Assembly: GCA_976226885.1 (NCBI GenBank)
Contig: OZ320315.1
Span: forward strand, 48,856,001 to 48,920,000
Source: Iphione sp. A-MEVVRFRX5
Lineage: Eukaryota
Direction: 5' to 3'
DNA length: 64,000 nt
Each line of letters opens with the position of its first letter. Within the stretch, counting starts at the first letter, position 1. Below, piece by piece: positions 25,401 to 39,000 of this stretch. Both the position numbers and the translations under genes were made by a program. The notes under the pieces are model-generated. The model made no database searches. It saw only the letters and a list, made by a program, of their open reading frames with translations, and was not told the origin of the DNA.

Positions 25401-28400
25401 GTACTAATTATCTAATATTTTAAGAATACGTGACTAATTATCCAATACTTACGTCATCTGTTCTCGAAGCTCATTAAAAGTTGACTGGAATTCTAAAATA
25501 CAAAATGAGTCCGCTTTAGGCAGATAGAGCAAGGGATACCCTACCGTGGGAACACGGCAAGTTAACCCTGGACAAAGCTAACCGAGTCAACTCATCCTTC
25601 ACAAAGCAAGGGGTAAGGGAAAGACAGAGAAATTAACTAGATGCTGAAAACCTAAGGACAAGCTGGCTGTGCAAGGGCTAGCTTCCAGTCATGCGCTTTT
25701 CATTGTGTTTTTGTTGCATTTTTTACCAGCAGGTCGTAACCAGAGGAGGTGTTCCATACCTGCATCACACTGGTGCCTTTGCATTGTTTTTTCTCTCATA
25801 GGTATGTTAATCTTTTTTTTTAGAATAACACATGCTAACATATATTTTAAGGTAGAGAACAGAATATAAAAGAAAGCAGACTAAAACTCTGGCACTAGCT
25901 TTTTTAGTTGGGTGTTGTAATACACGAATGACCTTGNNNNNNNNNNNNNNNNNNNNNNNNNNNNNNNNNNNNNNNNNNNNNNNNNNNNNNNNNNNNNNNN
26001 NNNNNNNNNNNNNNNNNNNNNNNNNNNNNNNNNNNNNNNNNNNNNNNNNNNNNNNNNNNNNNNNNNNNAGTGTGGACGCCGAAGGCACTTGTTAGCATAA
26101 AACTGGACAACCTCCACATATTCTGCTCAATTTTGTCCAATTTCCAACAAAAGCCACACCATTTTTTTTTACAGATTTGGCTCAATTTTCCACAAATTTT
26201 AAAGCAAATTTCTACAAACATTGCCACATACAAACAGGAACCCCTTCAATTATCCATTTCATGCAACCCCTTCAGGCAAGTGAAAGTCACCCCTCTTCAC
26301 TAGCATGCACCATCAAGGTCACTGATGTCATGAAGTAACACAAATGCATGAATGGAAACTGGCCCTTACGTTGGAGAATAAGGGTGCCAGAACAAGATGG
26401 CTGACTCATCTAACTGAATGGACATCAGAACCCAAAACAAACTGCACATCCAAATTCGATACTGATGGGGCAATCTACCACAACCAGCATTTAGTATATA
26501 CTAAGACGGAGAGTCAGTAGAACAACGAAGCTTTTCCAGCCTGAACAATGCAATTAAATATCCTGTTCCGGCATGAGCCTCCGTCAAACCATACGAATAC
26601 AGGTAGTATTGCAGTGTGTGTCCTGCTCCTTCTGAGCTGGTAAGTCTTGCCGAGAAGGAAGGCCTACACAAGTATCAGGTGTGAATTCAAGTACAAGCGC
26701 AAGTACATCTTTATCCAATTTTCCTGCTCCTTTTATACACCTGTGCCCTAGGGACATTTTGCAATAGACAAAACATTTTGCCACATTTCCATTATACTTG
26801 CAGTGCTTTCATGATGTTTACTGCTTTCCAACAAGGTCTTCCCATTCTGGAATAACTCTTCAACGATACATAAACGAATGCTGGTTCATTCCCCCAGGCA
26901 GATACCTGCCCGATCAATGTCTGCCAGAGTATCACTCCGAGAAGACACTCTACCTCAATATGATGAATTACTCCTTCAACAAATTACCGCGATTAGTGCA
27001 TTGCTTTTGAAATATCTCACACCACTCTAGTGACCATGAACTGTGCTCATCACAATACCAACTACCTTGAGGCTGATTTTAAAGCAGAATTAATCAGTCA
27101 GTGAAATTTCTAGATACATTAAACCAAATGGATGAACTAAGTAAATAAAAAAAAAACACTGATTCCAGAACTGTCTTGTATTTGTCAAGCAACATCCAGG
27201 TTACAAATAGTTCCTCAGTGATCTTGATAATCAGGAGGCATTTTGGGAGGAATGGAGACCAGTATGTTATCTGCTTGCACTTGCATTTGATACGTGCGGA
27301 CCTGTACGAAGTGATTAACTCTTGGGAGCAACCCTTTTTAAGAAAAACCCCATAGGTATGAAATGTTCGATATAAGCTCAGCGGAATTGGTATTTCCAAA
27401 CAAAAAACAAACCCCGACACATTCAACAATGGTCACTGAGTTTATACTGTGCAATCGAGGTGATCCGTACTCGGTTACTGCTGCAAAATACCAGCAAGTG
27501 CAACCACATAAAACCCGATTTGGTAATAGCTTTTTAAACGATCTCTCGTGCTATTTCACTGACAAGCGTCTGTGCCTGTGTTCCTCGCACGGAGGAGGAT
27601 ATTCAGGTATCGAGATCAAGGCTGACTGGAGTGATGTCCTCGATGTGTACGTACGTTTCTACAATTACCGGCACGTTTTACCGGTAACTGACGTTCGTCA
27701 CGAACTGAGGAAGTGGACGGCCAACCAGCTTTGATCTCGTCACTAAAAAGCTGGCAAGGTGTCCAGAACGCCATCAGGTGGTCTGAGGTGACCAAAGGTG
27801 GGGCCAGGGGGAGGCGGAGGCTGGGGGTGGGGTGGGGGGGGGAGGGTTGATCATCATCGGTACAAAGTCATGACCTAACGGCTTACTTCTGAATGACCCG
27901 ATGGTCCTGCAACGCAGCTGATAGTGGTATCCTCTAGCGCACAGAGAATAATATAAAGAAAACAGGCAACATCTGAGTGTATCTTTTTCAGGAGAAAGGA
28001 GGTGCATGGCTATAGTATGAGCAGATATAACAAAAAAACAATGTCTCCGACTTGGCTCATAGCCAAGCACATGCACATACATATATACAAATGTGCATTG
28101 GCAAGCACCAGTCTGGAAATATGGCCGGGGATGGAGGGGGTGGGGGGGGGGAGTGTGGCGGAAACGAGCATGTGGCTTGGTATCTCCTGTAAGGGTTTCG
28201 TGCGGTATTTACCTTCCGTCTGCCAGTTGACCCCACTGGCCATGACGTCTTGGATGGGCCCTGCTCCGAAGGGGAAGTGAACGTAAAAGTGCGCGGGACT
28301 TATAATGGCGGTCACCTCCAGGGCCACCCACGTGTCCTCCTCTGGCAGCGCCACCTGCCGCTCGTCGTGGTACATGAAGACGGAGGACACAGCCTCCGTC

Positions 28401-31400
28401 ATCTCTCCAACTGTCAGAGGAGGGGAAGAATAGTCAGTCCTAACTGACAGCAAGTGCTGAAAAACACTACGCAATTTCCTCTCACACAACTCGTCTACAT
28501 CTTCCAAGTTAGGACCACAACTGTCCAATTTAGCATCTACGAGGGCAATATGCGCTTAATAACAATCAATAAAACCTATAAACATTAACAAATAAAGGAG
28601 TTACCAGTAACGTATGGGTAAGAGAGATTTGAGCCCGAGATGACAGTCACTTAAGAACGAAGACATGTTCGCCTGGTATCTTCCTTCCAAAACCACTTCG
28701 ACGTGCAAGTGCAATAAGTAAGTTTACCTTTTGGTCGAACGTGCTTGTAAGGACAATCACTTCCCGACCAACACCGTTTTCCAGCCGCGTAAAACCGACA
28801 AATTCGATCGTCACCGACAGACTCTGCAAAGAAAGGCAAAGATATTTGTTGAGAAATACATGTACCGAAGTCTGGACGCTGCTGGCCCAGCCTGGAGTTA
28901 CAGTTACAGTTACTGTTTGCAGTACTGGTGACTGCGGGCTCCGCCGAAAAGGCAGCCCAATTCTGTGAGGTCCAGCCTTTCACACGAAGCCTGATCCGTA
29001 GTGCAGCCTACCTGATGAGAGAAGGGGAAGGTCTGTCGTGTGGAAGAAAGGAAATTATTACGCACAGAATACTGGTCTAAATATCAAGTTATATCAATGA
29101 ATTAGTAGGCACCCTTCCAAGTGCTTGACAACTATGTACAGCTGTACATGTATAAGGAGGAAAACTGTTAAATATAAAAAAGGGGAGGGGGGGCTATAAA
29201 CACTTGTTGATTGACTGATTGATTTGCCTTTATTGAACATCTCCGCTGGTTAAAGAGCTTTCCATGTAAAGTTTTGAAGAAGGTAGGAAGAAGATGGTGA
29301 AGCAGAAAGAATAAGCACAACAATTAGTTGATGAATAGAAATAGCATGAAGATAATTTGTTGTGAAGTGACACCAAGCGGGACAGTCAGTTTACAGTCGA
29401 ACCTCATTATCTAGAGCGCATCTGCTTTTTGAAATTGTGTACGGATGATGAAATATCCGGTTGCCAAAATCCCTACACATGCATCTCCTGGTGGGGAAAA
29501 ATGGCATTTCATGGAGATAGTGGAAAATCCCATGGATAAAGTGCTGAAAAATGGTGAATTTCGGGGCAAAAGTGTGGATAAATGTGGATAAGTGTGGATA
29601 AATGTCTCTATGTTTATGAGGTTGTGGCCTGCATCTTGCTGTTATGTAATCGTTTCACATGTCTATTTTACTTTTAACCTATGTTAGTCACTCTAAACTT
29701 TGTTTTCTTACTTTAGGAGGTCACAGCCCACATTTCGCTGTTATGTAATCATTTCTTTGGACTACACATGCTCTAATGCCTGACGCTTCCTTTGTTCTCC
29801 CTAGTCCGGTTAACTGTGTCTATTTCGTATAGCAAACAATCTAAGAATGTGGTCAAATACACTCTGGATGGCGGTTAACAAATTCCAGTTTAATAGTACA
29901 ATTTATAGAGAAAATCAATTCATTTAATTTCATGATAGTTGATGAGGAATTCTCGTTACTGCGATTCCAGTAAACAAGGTTTGACTGAATATCTGGAACA
30001 TTCCTCAAAGGATATCACAGTTACACTTGACCACACATGGACAGTCCAATTCGAGCGAGACGTTATATAATAACTTCACAGTAATCAATTATAAGTATTT
30101 AGCATACTGTACACTACTTCATATCATATCATTTCATCTCATCAGCGGTTACAATGAATTAGGTACACACTAGAGTATCCATCAAGAGTTCTCAGCTTGG
30201 TTCAGCGAACCCTGAAGCCTTTAGTTTGCCAGCCCCTGCTTGATAGCAGTCGCCTCCAGAGCTCTCACTGATTTTTGGTCTGGTTTTCTCACCTTCAGGG
30301 ATACGATTCCAGGCACTAATGCCCCGAAAAGCCAGAGTCCTCACATAGCACTGACTCTTTGGCCTCTTCACCAGGCCTCTAAGAGCGGTACCTCCGAAAA
30401 CTTGTTCCTTTGAAGAAATTACCCTTTTTGGTAAAAAACGTGCAATTTTATCTGCCTTACGTCTCAAAATTGACACATATTACAAAAAAGGATAAGAAGT
30501 TCCCTACTAGTAAGCAAGCCGGACTTCGTGTTCTTTTAACAAGGAATAGTTACATCCTGTTATCTATTCAATACACTTTGTTGAGACAACATCAGTGCAG
30601 TGAGTGGGCCGGATAAGTGAGGACCTCCTGAGGATATGGCAGTGAGCAACCTGTAACCCTAGGGGAGGCCTACTAAGGGTTGAAGGGTGGTGCCCAATAC
30701 CCTGGGTTCTCACCACAGTGGCAATTGTAAGCCCAGACACTGGTAGAGATCCACCTAGTGTAACCCGGGTTCAGGGGCATCAGTGCATGAAGACTGAGTG
30801 AACTTATCATGCATGGTTGGACACACATTGCTCACTGGCATTTGTCAATCATCAGTAGTGACTCCTGGCTCGTCCACTCAGTACTGTCAGTCCCAATAGA
30901 TTTCCCACGTCCCCAGACTCAATGAGGTGTGGGAACCCTGAGCAGAGCTGTCTTGTTCTCCCAGCTCCTGTGAGACCTGCTGTTCGTAGACACCATGACT
31001 ACACACAAGGACTGACTGAGCTGCTCCCCGTTGAAGTTTCCAGGGACGCACAAGGTTCCTTGAACCCATACACGATGCCACCATTCTTTGGGAGTGACCC
31101 GTGTACCTCAGGTTGCAGTTCATATGCCCGACTTTTACAGTCACGTATGCCATATTAGACCTTGTATATCAGATTGAGAATCCATTATGAGTATAGACGG
31201 ATCGTTTTTGAACAGACTGCGCATCAGTGATATTACTTTCGCATGTGAATTATGGAGACTGTATACTTTCTCGTTTTTCATCTCCATGGTGAGAACTACA
31301 AAAACATCGTCACATACTGGCACACAGCATTCTCACTGAACATTCTTCCCTTCCGTTGGAAAGAACCGAAGACAAACAACTGATGGATGTGGCTAATGCA

Positions 31401-33004
31401 ACGGTACATATAAAAATCCAAATAACAAAGATCGCAAATGCCAACATCTAACATCCAAACCAAATTAATGACAGAGTAAATCAAGGACATAAATGTAGAA
31501 GACTGACCGAAAGGAGTTAATGGTCAATTATATGGTCTAGGTTCTGAAAATAGGCAGTTGAGAACCGTATGTAAGATGCTACGGAGAACCCCCTCCCACA
31601 CTTCTTTACGATACGGGGACTACGCCACAGGAAAAAAACGACGTAAATTGGCTCTGTCTGTCTGTCTGTCTGTCTGTCTGTTGCGTTCACCCATTCGACG
31701 ATATAATGGGGGGGGGGTATAAGAGCTTCCACCTGTATGGTACACTCCATTCTTCCTACTATTAAGGCAAGCCTACATGTCAAACATCAAGATATCTGGC
31801 GCGTCATTCCAAACAAACCTCTGCCACCAGAATGGGACGCTAAATAACATTCTTTCTCGCCGATTGATATCTGCCTAGTCTCTTCATCCTGCATTAATCA
31901 AGTCAACATTTCGTTGTAATCGAATAGATACTACGATGCACCTGGATCCAGATACGTCCCTCTTGGTGCGACTAGAGCGTTGAGTGGATCTGTGATACAG
32001 ACGGACATTACCTAGAGCGTTGAGTGGATCTGTGATACAGACGGACATTACCTAACTGTGATGCAACCATGAACTTATTTCAAATAGAAGCTTAGTTAGT
32101 ACAAGGCCTGGTTGTGCGAGGTAGGTACTACTGTGATAACGGCACATCCAGGCCTTGTATCAGAATCCAGTAGCTTTACAGCTTTCAACCGATATTGCAA
32201 TACCATGAAATATGAAGAGAAATCAGCTTGGATCACCTCTAAACCTGTTCGGTTGTAGTTTACATACCACTGAGACAATTTTGTATCAATATCATCGGGA
32301 AACCTATATAAAACATATCTTTTTGCTAGAACTTAACCTCCATTTGGACCTTTTCTTCTTTACGATGTTCGATAATTTCTTCGGCTGTAACTTTACTCCT
32401 GGCTACAAATGCTACAGTAAATTTATTTACAAAGAAGAAATGTTAACTGAAGCGAGGTATTGTGAACAGGCTGTTAACGCTGAACAGTTGTCAAATTAGT
32501 CTCAAGCTTCTTGAAGAAGTATCCATAGTACCATATTGTTAACCAAGAGTCTACATCTCGTCTCCGATCGCGCCATGAGCTGGAATCTATTCTACATTTC
32601 TTCTTCGAGTATTTGAGCACTTTACCTCCTGGCACATAAAGTTTTGTTATTCTCCTGGTCTGTTGCAGAGGATTTTGCAGAAAGGTGGTCTTTCCATGTG
32701 TATGAAGTTTATGCACACAGAACTGGGGCTGGGATAGCAAGAAATCCGAACTCACTATATTTTAATGAAGCCTACCCATGTGTGCATATTTTACACACTG
32801 CGGGGAAAGACATGCGGGATGATCGGTGTGTCACCCAGGAAGTCCATACCATGGAGCATATTCCATAGAATTCAATTTAACAGCGCCCTGCCCATGTATG
32901 TGTAGTTTATGCACCGTGTGGCAGCATATATAGGAGATCATGCAGATGTGTGCAGGGCCAGGAGAGTGCATATTTTATCATACCCATGGAAAGGCAGCCA
33001 GAGA

Positions 33005-33090
<86 letters not shown>

Positions 33091-36000
33091 GAGATTATTT
33101 CCAACTTTGACCCCCTGTTATCATATTATCTANNNNNNNNNNNNNNNNNNNNNNNNNNNNNNNNNNNNNNNNNNNNNNNNNNNNNNNNNNNNNNNNNNNN
33201 NNNNNNNNNNNNNNNNNNNNNNNNNNNNNNNNNNNNNNNNNNNNNNNNNNNNNNNNNNNNNNNNNNNNNNNNNNNNNNNNNNNNNNNNNNNNNNNNNNNN
33301 NNNNNNNNNNNNNNNNNNNNNNNNNNNNNNNNNNNNNNNNNNNNNNNNTCTCAACATTATCACCTCACAATATAATACATACATTTACACCATTATCAGC
33401 TAACACTACAACCCACATCCATCGTTATAACCTCACACCATAACTAATTGGCCCCATAATCAGCTCACACTATAATCAATTTTCATCATTATCAACTCAG
33501 ACTATAAACCACTTGCACTATTACCACCTAATACCACACCTCACTTTCGCTATGCCGACTTTATGCCTTCTACATTTTATTCGTTCCTTTACATGGAGTT
33601 ACTCGATATCGGACTTCACAGACAGGTGCTATACGCAGCCCATAATCTGTGACGACCCCTACATACACGTACTGGGGACGTCTCGCCAAGAGGAAACTGA
33701 GCAGTGGTTGCCAGATCCCACGTTGTGCAGACAGTATCTGAGTGATAAAAGGAAAATGTATATCTTACTATAGAATACTGGCGGGCGGGAGGAGGCAAAA
33801 TATCGTAATTTATCAAACAAATAACTATGGACAGAATCAGGTTTTCTTTGACGAAAATAATACATCACTCTGCTTATCTGTTTTAACAAGCACCAGAGCT
33901 ATCCACGGAATCATTTTGTAGCAGGCAACGTATGCCACATATGAAAATGAAATGAGATGAAAATGAATGACAAAGAACAAGTCATGCCAAATCAAACAAC
34001 AAGCGGGGCTGAAGAAACAGTTTAAACAAGAAAGGGGTTATGGATAGGTACGACACACCGGTCAAGTGAAGGCAATGCCCAGTGGCGTGGAGACCGGGTA
34101 AAGGGGAGCTGGACTGTTTCAACGAATGCCGAAACTCCTCAATCTGGAAAAAATGCTTCAAAAGTACCATGGTACTATTACTGAGTGAAATATTCATCCA
34201 CACAGCTCAGCAGTTTCATAAAGTGTTAATGTTGCGTAATACGCTTTCCCCACCCAAACGTTACCGTAATGAATTACCTCACCTTCAATTGTCCTCATAT
34301 TCACGACAATGCCTCGTGAACGGCACGGCCCCTCTATGCAATGACTCCTCCCGCTGCGGCATGGAGAAATAATTCATGAGTTGGATGAATTTACAGGGTG
34401 GGTCCTTGGCCATTTTATTGGATGTTACCTTGTGCATACATAACCCGAATACAATACCACATGTGCCCTCGTTTGGACTAACATTTCTACCTACAATATG
34501 ATAACAGTGTTGGTATAAAGAGGCGATAGTATTCTGTATGCTGCCGCCTTTCTCAAACACTTCAAGGTGTTAATTAATGACATAAAAACCGTAGCCAGCT
34601 ACAGATATCTATAATGTCACATTAGCTAACCAACAGTGTTGCTTTTGATACAATCTATCCATTGGTCTGCCGGCTGCACAACTTAACACACTGTCCGTGT
34701 GTGTGAAAAGAAAACAAACAGGTGACAGACTGCCCGAGTAGGTGAATTCTCGCTACAGCATCGTGCATATTACTTTAAACTAAAAGCTCATGTGCAACCT
34801 TAAGATTACACATTGGTACATTAGGAGGAGGAAAAGGAAGAAGACGGGATAGTAAGGAAAAGTCGGATGACTCTGAGGGAGGGGATCAGAACAGTTGAAA
34901 CAAGAATTGTCCTTAAAATAGGGCTGGTTCGAAGCTTTTTAGTTTTTTAATTTTTTAAATCGATGAAACGTTTAAGTCATTTTTTCTTTTGCTTTATTTT
35001 GTGTCGTACTCTGTAATATCACGTACCTTACTGTTTCATCTACAGAAAAACTAAGGATAAAAGACACGCAACCAGCAGATGTTCCAAGTTGAATGGGACT
35101 TTATTGACTAGAGAGATAGCACTGGTCTGTGACGTTTCGTCCTCACCCGAGGACTTCTTCAGGTAAAATGACACATCACATTGGTGTTACTTTAACTCAT
35201 CACTTTCCATGATGGAAACGGTTGTTAATGATACGCAGAGTTAGGCAAATTATCAGTTTCAGTTTGGTATTTACGGTAAAGTGAGGTTCATTTTGTTGCA
35301 GTAATTGTAATACATGTTTGAACAAGGATAATTCGGCAAGAACAACACAGGCAATAATGACCGACATCAGAGCTGCAGCAAATACATAATAAATACAATT
35401 TGACTTGAAAATAATGAAATAGAATTTTTTCCAGTGTGTATGATGCAGCATTCACTTACCACAAGGTAATGAGTAGAACATATTGAAAAGATCCGCAAGT
35501 AATTCATCACTGATAACTTCTGCCATGAGAAGAAAACCCCTCAGAGTCTCTGCCCATATATTAGCATAGAGGTTGGCGAATGGGTCCTGCGGGCATTGGC
35601 TGTCACCGGACCTCCCCCTTAGCCTGTTTCATCTACAGCATGTTTAAGTTTATCAACCTGTGCTATTTGGCAGCATGCTGCCAGCTGGTACCTTTCCGTA
35701 ATTTGGTCCTTGTTGATCATGTCCATGTATCATCTAGGCGAGTTTTAGTAAGGTTCGGGATCTTCGTCTATATTCAGAGAGCACAGGATTTAGGCATTTA
35801 TACACACAGTCTGAACATAAAGTCATTGAATATGATCGAATCTGTGACATTTGCTTCCAGCATTGATGGATTTCGCCAGGGAGAACTAATTTCAAAGTGC
35901 CCCCCCACGCAAAAAAAGAAAGCCGCCACGTCCCATAGCATAGATCACGTACGTATAACATGGTCCAAGGAGATGCTACCCAAAAGATCTCGGTAACTAG

Positions 36001-39000
36001 TATGTATCAGCTCGTCAAAAATAAAAGTCTAGTGATCTTCGGCCTCTCTTAGCACTGAAACGACGACATACATGTACATATGGTACGTCAATGTTCAAGG
36101 ACAAGCTACATTACATCGATCTGACCTTTCGTGCCTGCAGAGAAAGTGCTCATAATGATACTCCCAGATCTGTCTGCATAACAGCGCCAGTCACTTGCTG
36201 CCTTTTCCTGGGCCATTAACAGCCGGCGCTAGCGGAACGCTACTCCACAACACCTGCATGCATTCATCAGATTCAGCGCCCTCACAATCAATGTGGAATG
36301 TGCCGTGGTCACGACCCATGCAGCAGTGCAAAGGTGATGACGACTTCCGATTAACGCAATTTCTGCATTTAGGAGCTCCTGCTAAATACAGCGCCGCCTT
36401 GGATGGGTATGTGCTGGGGCACTAGGTGTACGTACAAGCCTCTGCGGGCTGGATGCACAATCGCAATTCAATATCTACTGTTATATTCATCATGTCAACT
36501 TTTTCCCATCCACGTCAATGTATTTATGTAATGTCTCAATCCAGCTGCCCTGTGCTTAGAATATCTATGCCAGGTAGCATGCCGGGTACAAGTATTATGG
36601 GATAGCATAGGTCACACTTTTGTCCACTTCTTATTGTCAAAAGAAGAGTAATTTTCCCTGCAATGCACATGTACAGCTTTAAGCCTCACTAACCCTCAAA
36701 ACCACACAGACGCGCGCTGTGTAAAATCTTAAGCTATATAACATCTTTAAATCTACTGGTGTATTTATTGTATATTAATGGCTATTTTTCTTTTTAAATG
36801 CCTTAATCCGCCTGTGTGTAAATTTTAAGGCATAGTTAAGGCAAGGCAGTTGAAGTGGAGAGTATTATGCAAACTGCAGCTAAACCCCATAGGCAACTTG
36901 TTAAAAACAAGCACCTGATATCTGAATATCCTTTAACGAAAGTTGAAATGTTCAATTTTATCTTATAATAAGAAATAACTATGACACTGCTCTTAGGGAA
37001 GGACAGTAGTTCTTTTTCCTAAAATAATTCTGAATTTAACTTAGCCTTCAGCGACAGGTTGTGGGGATTCTGGTTCTGATATCTGAATATCCTTTAACGA
37101 AAGTTGAAATGTTCAATTTTATCTTATAATAAGAAATAACTATGACACTACTCTTAGGGAAGGACAGTAGTTCTTTTTCCTGTAATAATTCTGAAATTAC
37201 CTTAGCCTTCAGCGACAGGTTGTGGGGATTCTGGTTCGGGAAGACATGGGGTCTGGAGAAGGGGTATATGAGAACAAGGCCCCACTAGGTGGCCTTGGCA
37301 GACTACATGTAATAGGTGCATTTTGGCTTTCCGAAAAAAAAAGGATATGACATTAAGTACATCATAATAAGCCCCTGGTTTAGTGTTACCTGTGGGCTGA
37401 CGTGTAATTTATCATGGTACAACTGCTCTAAGGTCGGGTCAGTCACTTTCCTCAACAATTGGAGACTCAAGGGAGGGCATATACCCCCTCTCCAGATCCA
37501 TACTTCCCGAACCAGAATCCCCACCACCTGTCACCGAAGGCTAAGGTAATTTCAGAATTCTGGTTTGTCGCCATTCCATCAGGAGAGGCGCTATATGAGA
37601 TCGTTAGGGTTAAAAAGCCAAGGCGAACGAAACTCCAGGTTAACCAAAACAGAACATTGCACATGGCAAGGAGCATGTGGAACCACTGATTAAACATAGA
37701 TACCGACTCACTTTACTTAATTCGTTTGAGGTAAAACTGGCAAAATATATTTTCGACTGCCCACATACCATGTTGCATGATTTCATGCCCCGGTAATCCT
37801 GCAGCATGCAGCTTCAATGCAGCAGCAGCAGCTTGGGTACTGTGGGCCGAGTAGATTGATGTGTCGATTCCTGCCCTAAACAGTACCTCTTGTCACCCAC
37901 CTCGCTATGCTAGCCATGGATACTGATTTGTATGGGGGGGGCATGTAGCTAATGAATACTGCCACTTGGTCCTGGCAGATGTCCGTTGTTCTGTTACTAT
38001 ACTCATGGATATGGCTAATGATACGCAAAGCTGGGTCTTGCACATATGGCACAAGGATAATGCGTCTATGCGCCCTGCCTTTCCCGTTGTGTTTCAAAGG
38101 GTTGTTAAAGTTGGTCTGAAGGCGGTTGCTATCCACCCTGTGTATGCTAAGTCTATGCTGTGAACCATTTGCAGCAAGCCGCGTGAAGCAAGGAGAACAT
38201 AACTGCTTTAAGGGTTCATTGTTTTAGTGAAAGTTGTGCCGTGGGGTACCATGTTCGTAAGAATTGCAGTACTAGCTCTACATCCCAAATATGTTTCAAC
38301 TGGGCTTGCGCCGGTCTGAGGTTAAACATCCGCCCAAGCACCCTGGAGGTCATTGAGTGTTGGCCAAAGGGTACCTTATGGTATCGTTAAGAGAAGCTGG
38401 TAGAGCACTGCGTGCTGTGTTTAGAGCACTGTATCCCGGCCTCAATTTAAATAACGAAGGCAAAAGTGTTCACGGTATCTCAATTTCTGGTTTGAGTGGG
38501 TCGATACCATGTACAACATAATATGTATGTCATCGGTTCTGGTAAGTTGCATACTGTTCTCGTGTGGAATGTCTCAACGAATGAAGAACTTCTCTATCCA
38601 TCTGCGAAGAAGAGGAGTGCTGCTACCAAAGGTGTGCTGCCGATTCCTCAAAAATCTTGGTGGTTGTAGATGTTGAGGAGGTTGTCGACTCGAGGTGGAA
38701 ACGGTCTTCCTGTTCTGTGGCGGTAGCTGTTGGATTCTCCCGAACCAAGGATGAGATGGCCAGCACGGTGCGACGAAGAGTCTTCACTCGTTCGTGTAGT
38801 ACCCGTTGTAGGACCTTACCAACAACAGCAAAAGGCGGGAATATCTGAACCTTGTCCAACTGACGGTAAAGGCATCAACCAACGATGCCCTAGGATTGGG
38901 GCGCCAACTGGCATACAGTGGTAGGTGAGTTGTTGCCCGCAATGCAAATACATCACCGTCTGGTTTACCCCAATGGTCTACCAAGTATTGGAATATTCGT

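Noticed and set aside
29391-30100. TA-type MITE beginning cagtcgaacctcattatc
   Set aside because: A matching right TIR could not be identified confidently.
34285-34560. Minus ORF with GRNVSPNEG, superficially like a piggyBac DE motif
   Set aside because: The following KPxKxG motif and other transposase features are absent.
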